From Paraspadella gotoi (Eukaryota > Animalia > Chaetognatha), in contig CM119269.1 of NCBI GenBank assembly GCA_051294375.1, positions 12,990,790 through 13,054,789 on the forward strand: DNA of 64,000 bases, in the 5' to 3' direction. Below the pieces are notes generated by a model that searched no databases, was not told where the DNA came from, and worked only from the letters and a program-made list of their open reading frames with translations. A program made the translations under genes and the position numbers. Each line of letters opens with the position of its first letter. The stretch's first letter is position 1. Positions 63,033 to 64,000 of the stretch are shown piece after piece.

Positions 63033-64000
63033 TTTTTATAACTTTCATGCCACCAGCATTTCTAATTTCCTTTTTCCCCCTTTCAAATGTATTAAATAAA
63101 AAAAATTATTTGAAAGAACGATTGGCATGGACGATGCCATTGGTACGCCTAAGTTACCCCTATTCCAGATCAAATTTTTAAACAAGGTTTTTTTTCCATC
63201 TATTTGAGAGATAACACCAACTATTGGTACTATTAACTTTGATTTCTCAAATTCTATTTTGCGTAATCAGAGAAACGTTTATCATACTCTAAAAACTTAG
63301 TAAAAAAGAGTAAAATGTTCTGCCAAATTTAAAAATCGATTGAGGAATCTACTATAATATTTATTTTATTCCCTGGACATGACATTACCACAAAATATGA
63401 CAATTCTTGACCTAGTTACCAAGTATTGAAACAAAACTATCATAGTCGCATTTTTTATTAACGATTAAAAAGTAGTGTTTTTTTCAATTTTTGAGCACTT
63501 TGGAAAGAATTATCTCAGCATTGGGACAATAAATTTGGTAAAAAAATTATATATTTGGAATCCTTGAGTTGCCCTCTTTTCAATGATGCCCACTTTGAAA
63601 AAGTTAGCAGAATGCTTATTAAAATCCTAATTTTTAGTAATATTTAAAATATATTTAAAATATTTGAAATTTATTAAAAATTAGATTTGATGGTATATTT
63701 TTAAAGGTCTGATTATATATTATCTGTGTACCAAAAATTTTAAAAAATGGATTACTTTTATGTGAAAAAATGTAAAAAAATATAAAATGCAACAATATGC
63801 AAATGAGTTTTTAAAAATGTTGAGAAAAATTTTTTGCTTTAGGCTTATTTTAAATATGTTTTAACTGATTTATAGGCAAAGAATAACATTATTTGCAATA
63901 ATATTTTTAGCAGGATTGACAATTGAATTTTGTAAAAAAAATTTTGACCTGTGTCAAAAGTTTTTCAAAATGATTGAAATTTATATGTATTGTAGGACTA

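Overview
Compact, intron-rich eukaryotic (animal-type) genomic DNA with GC-rich exons and AT-rich introns. It is probably an invertebrate, possibly a sponge, but the window cannot prove this. Genes in order: a 5'-truncated giant helical-repeat protein ending in a stand-alone dynein microtubule-binding-domain-like module (+), akirin (-), then nine co-oriented + genes: COASY, PTEN, SET/NAP, COA4, CCDC171-like, GUF1, RAE1, XPO7 and SLC35C1. The introns hold a DIRS tyrosine-recombinase retrotransposon, hAT- and Tc1-like MITEs and Helentron-like elements. The main discovery is a set of small non-coding, retrozyme-like elements carrying self-cleaving ribozyme folds. Three different families carry circularly permuted (type-P5) twister ribozymes, all with a loop-less palindromic P1. 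Family A forms a ~322-bp head-to-tail concatemer with four ribozymes plus dispersed copies. Family B is fused to a tRNA-like head and appears A-to-G hyper-edited. Family C is a solo copy. Penelope-type minimal hammerheads are also present. All ribozyme calls come from manual folding and covariation against the twister and hammerhead consensus; no search or assay was run.
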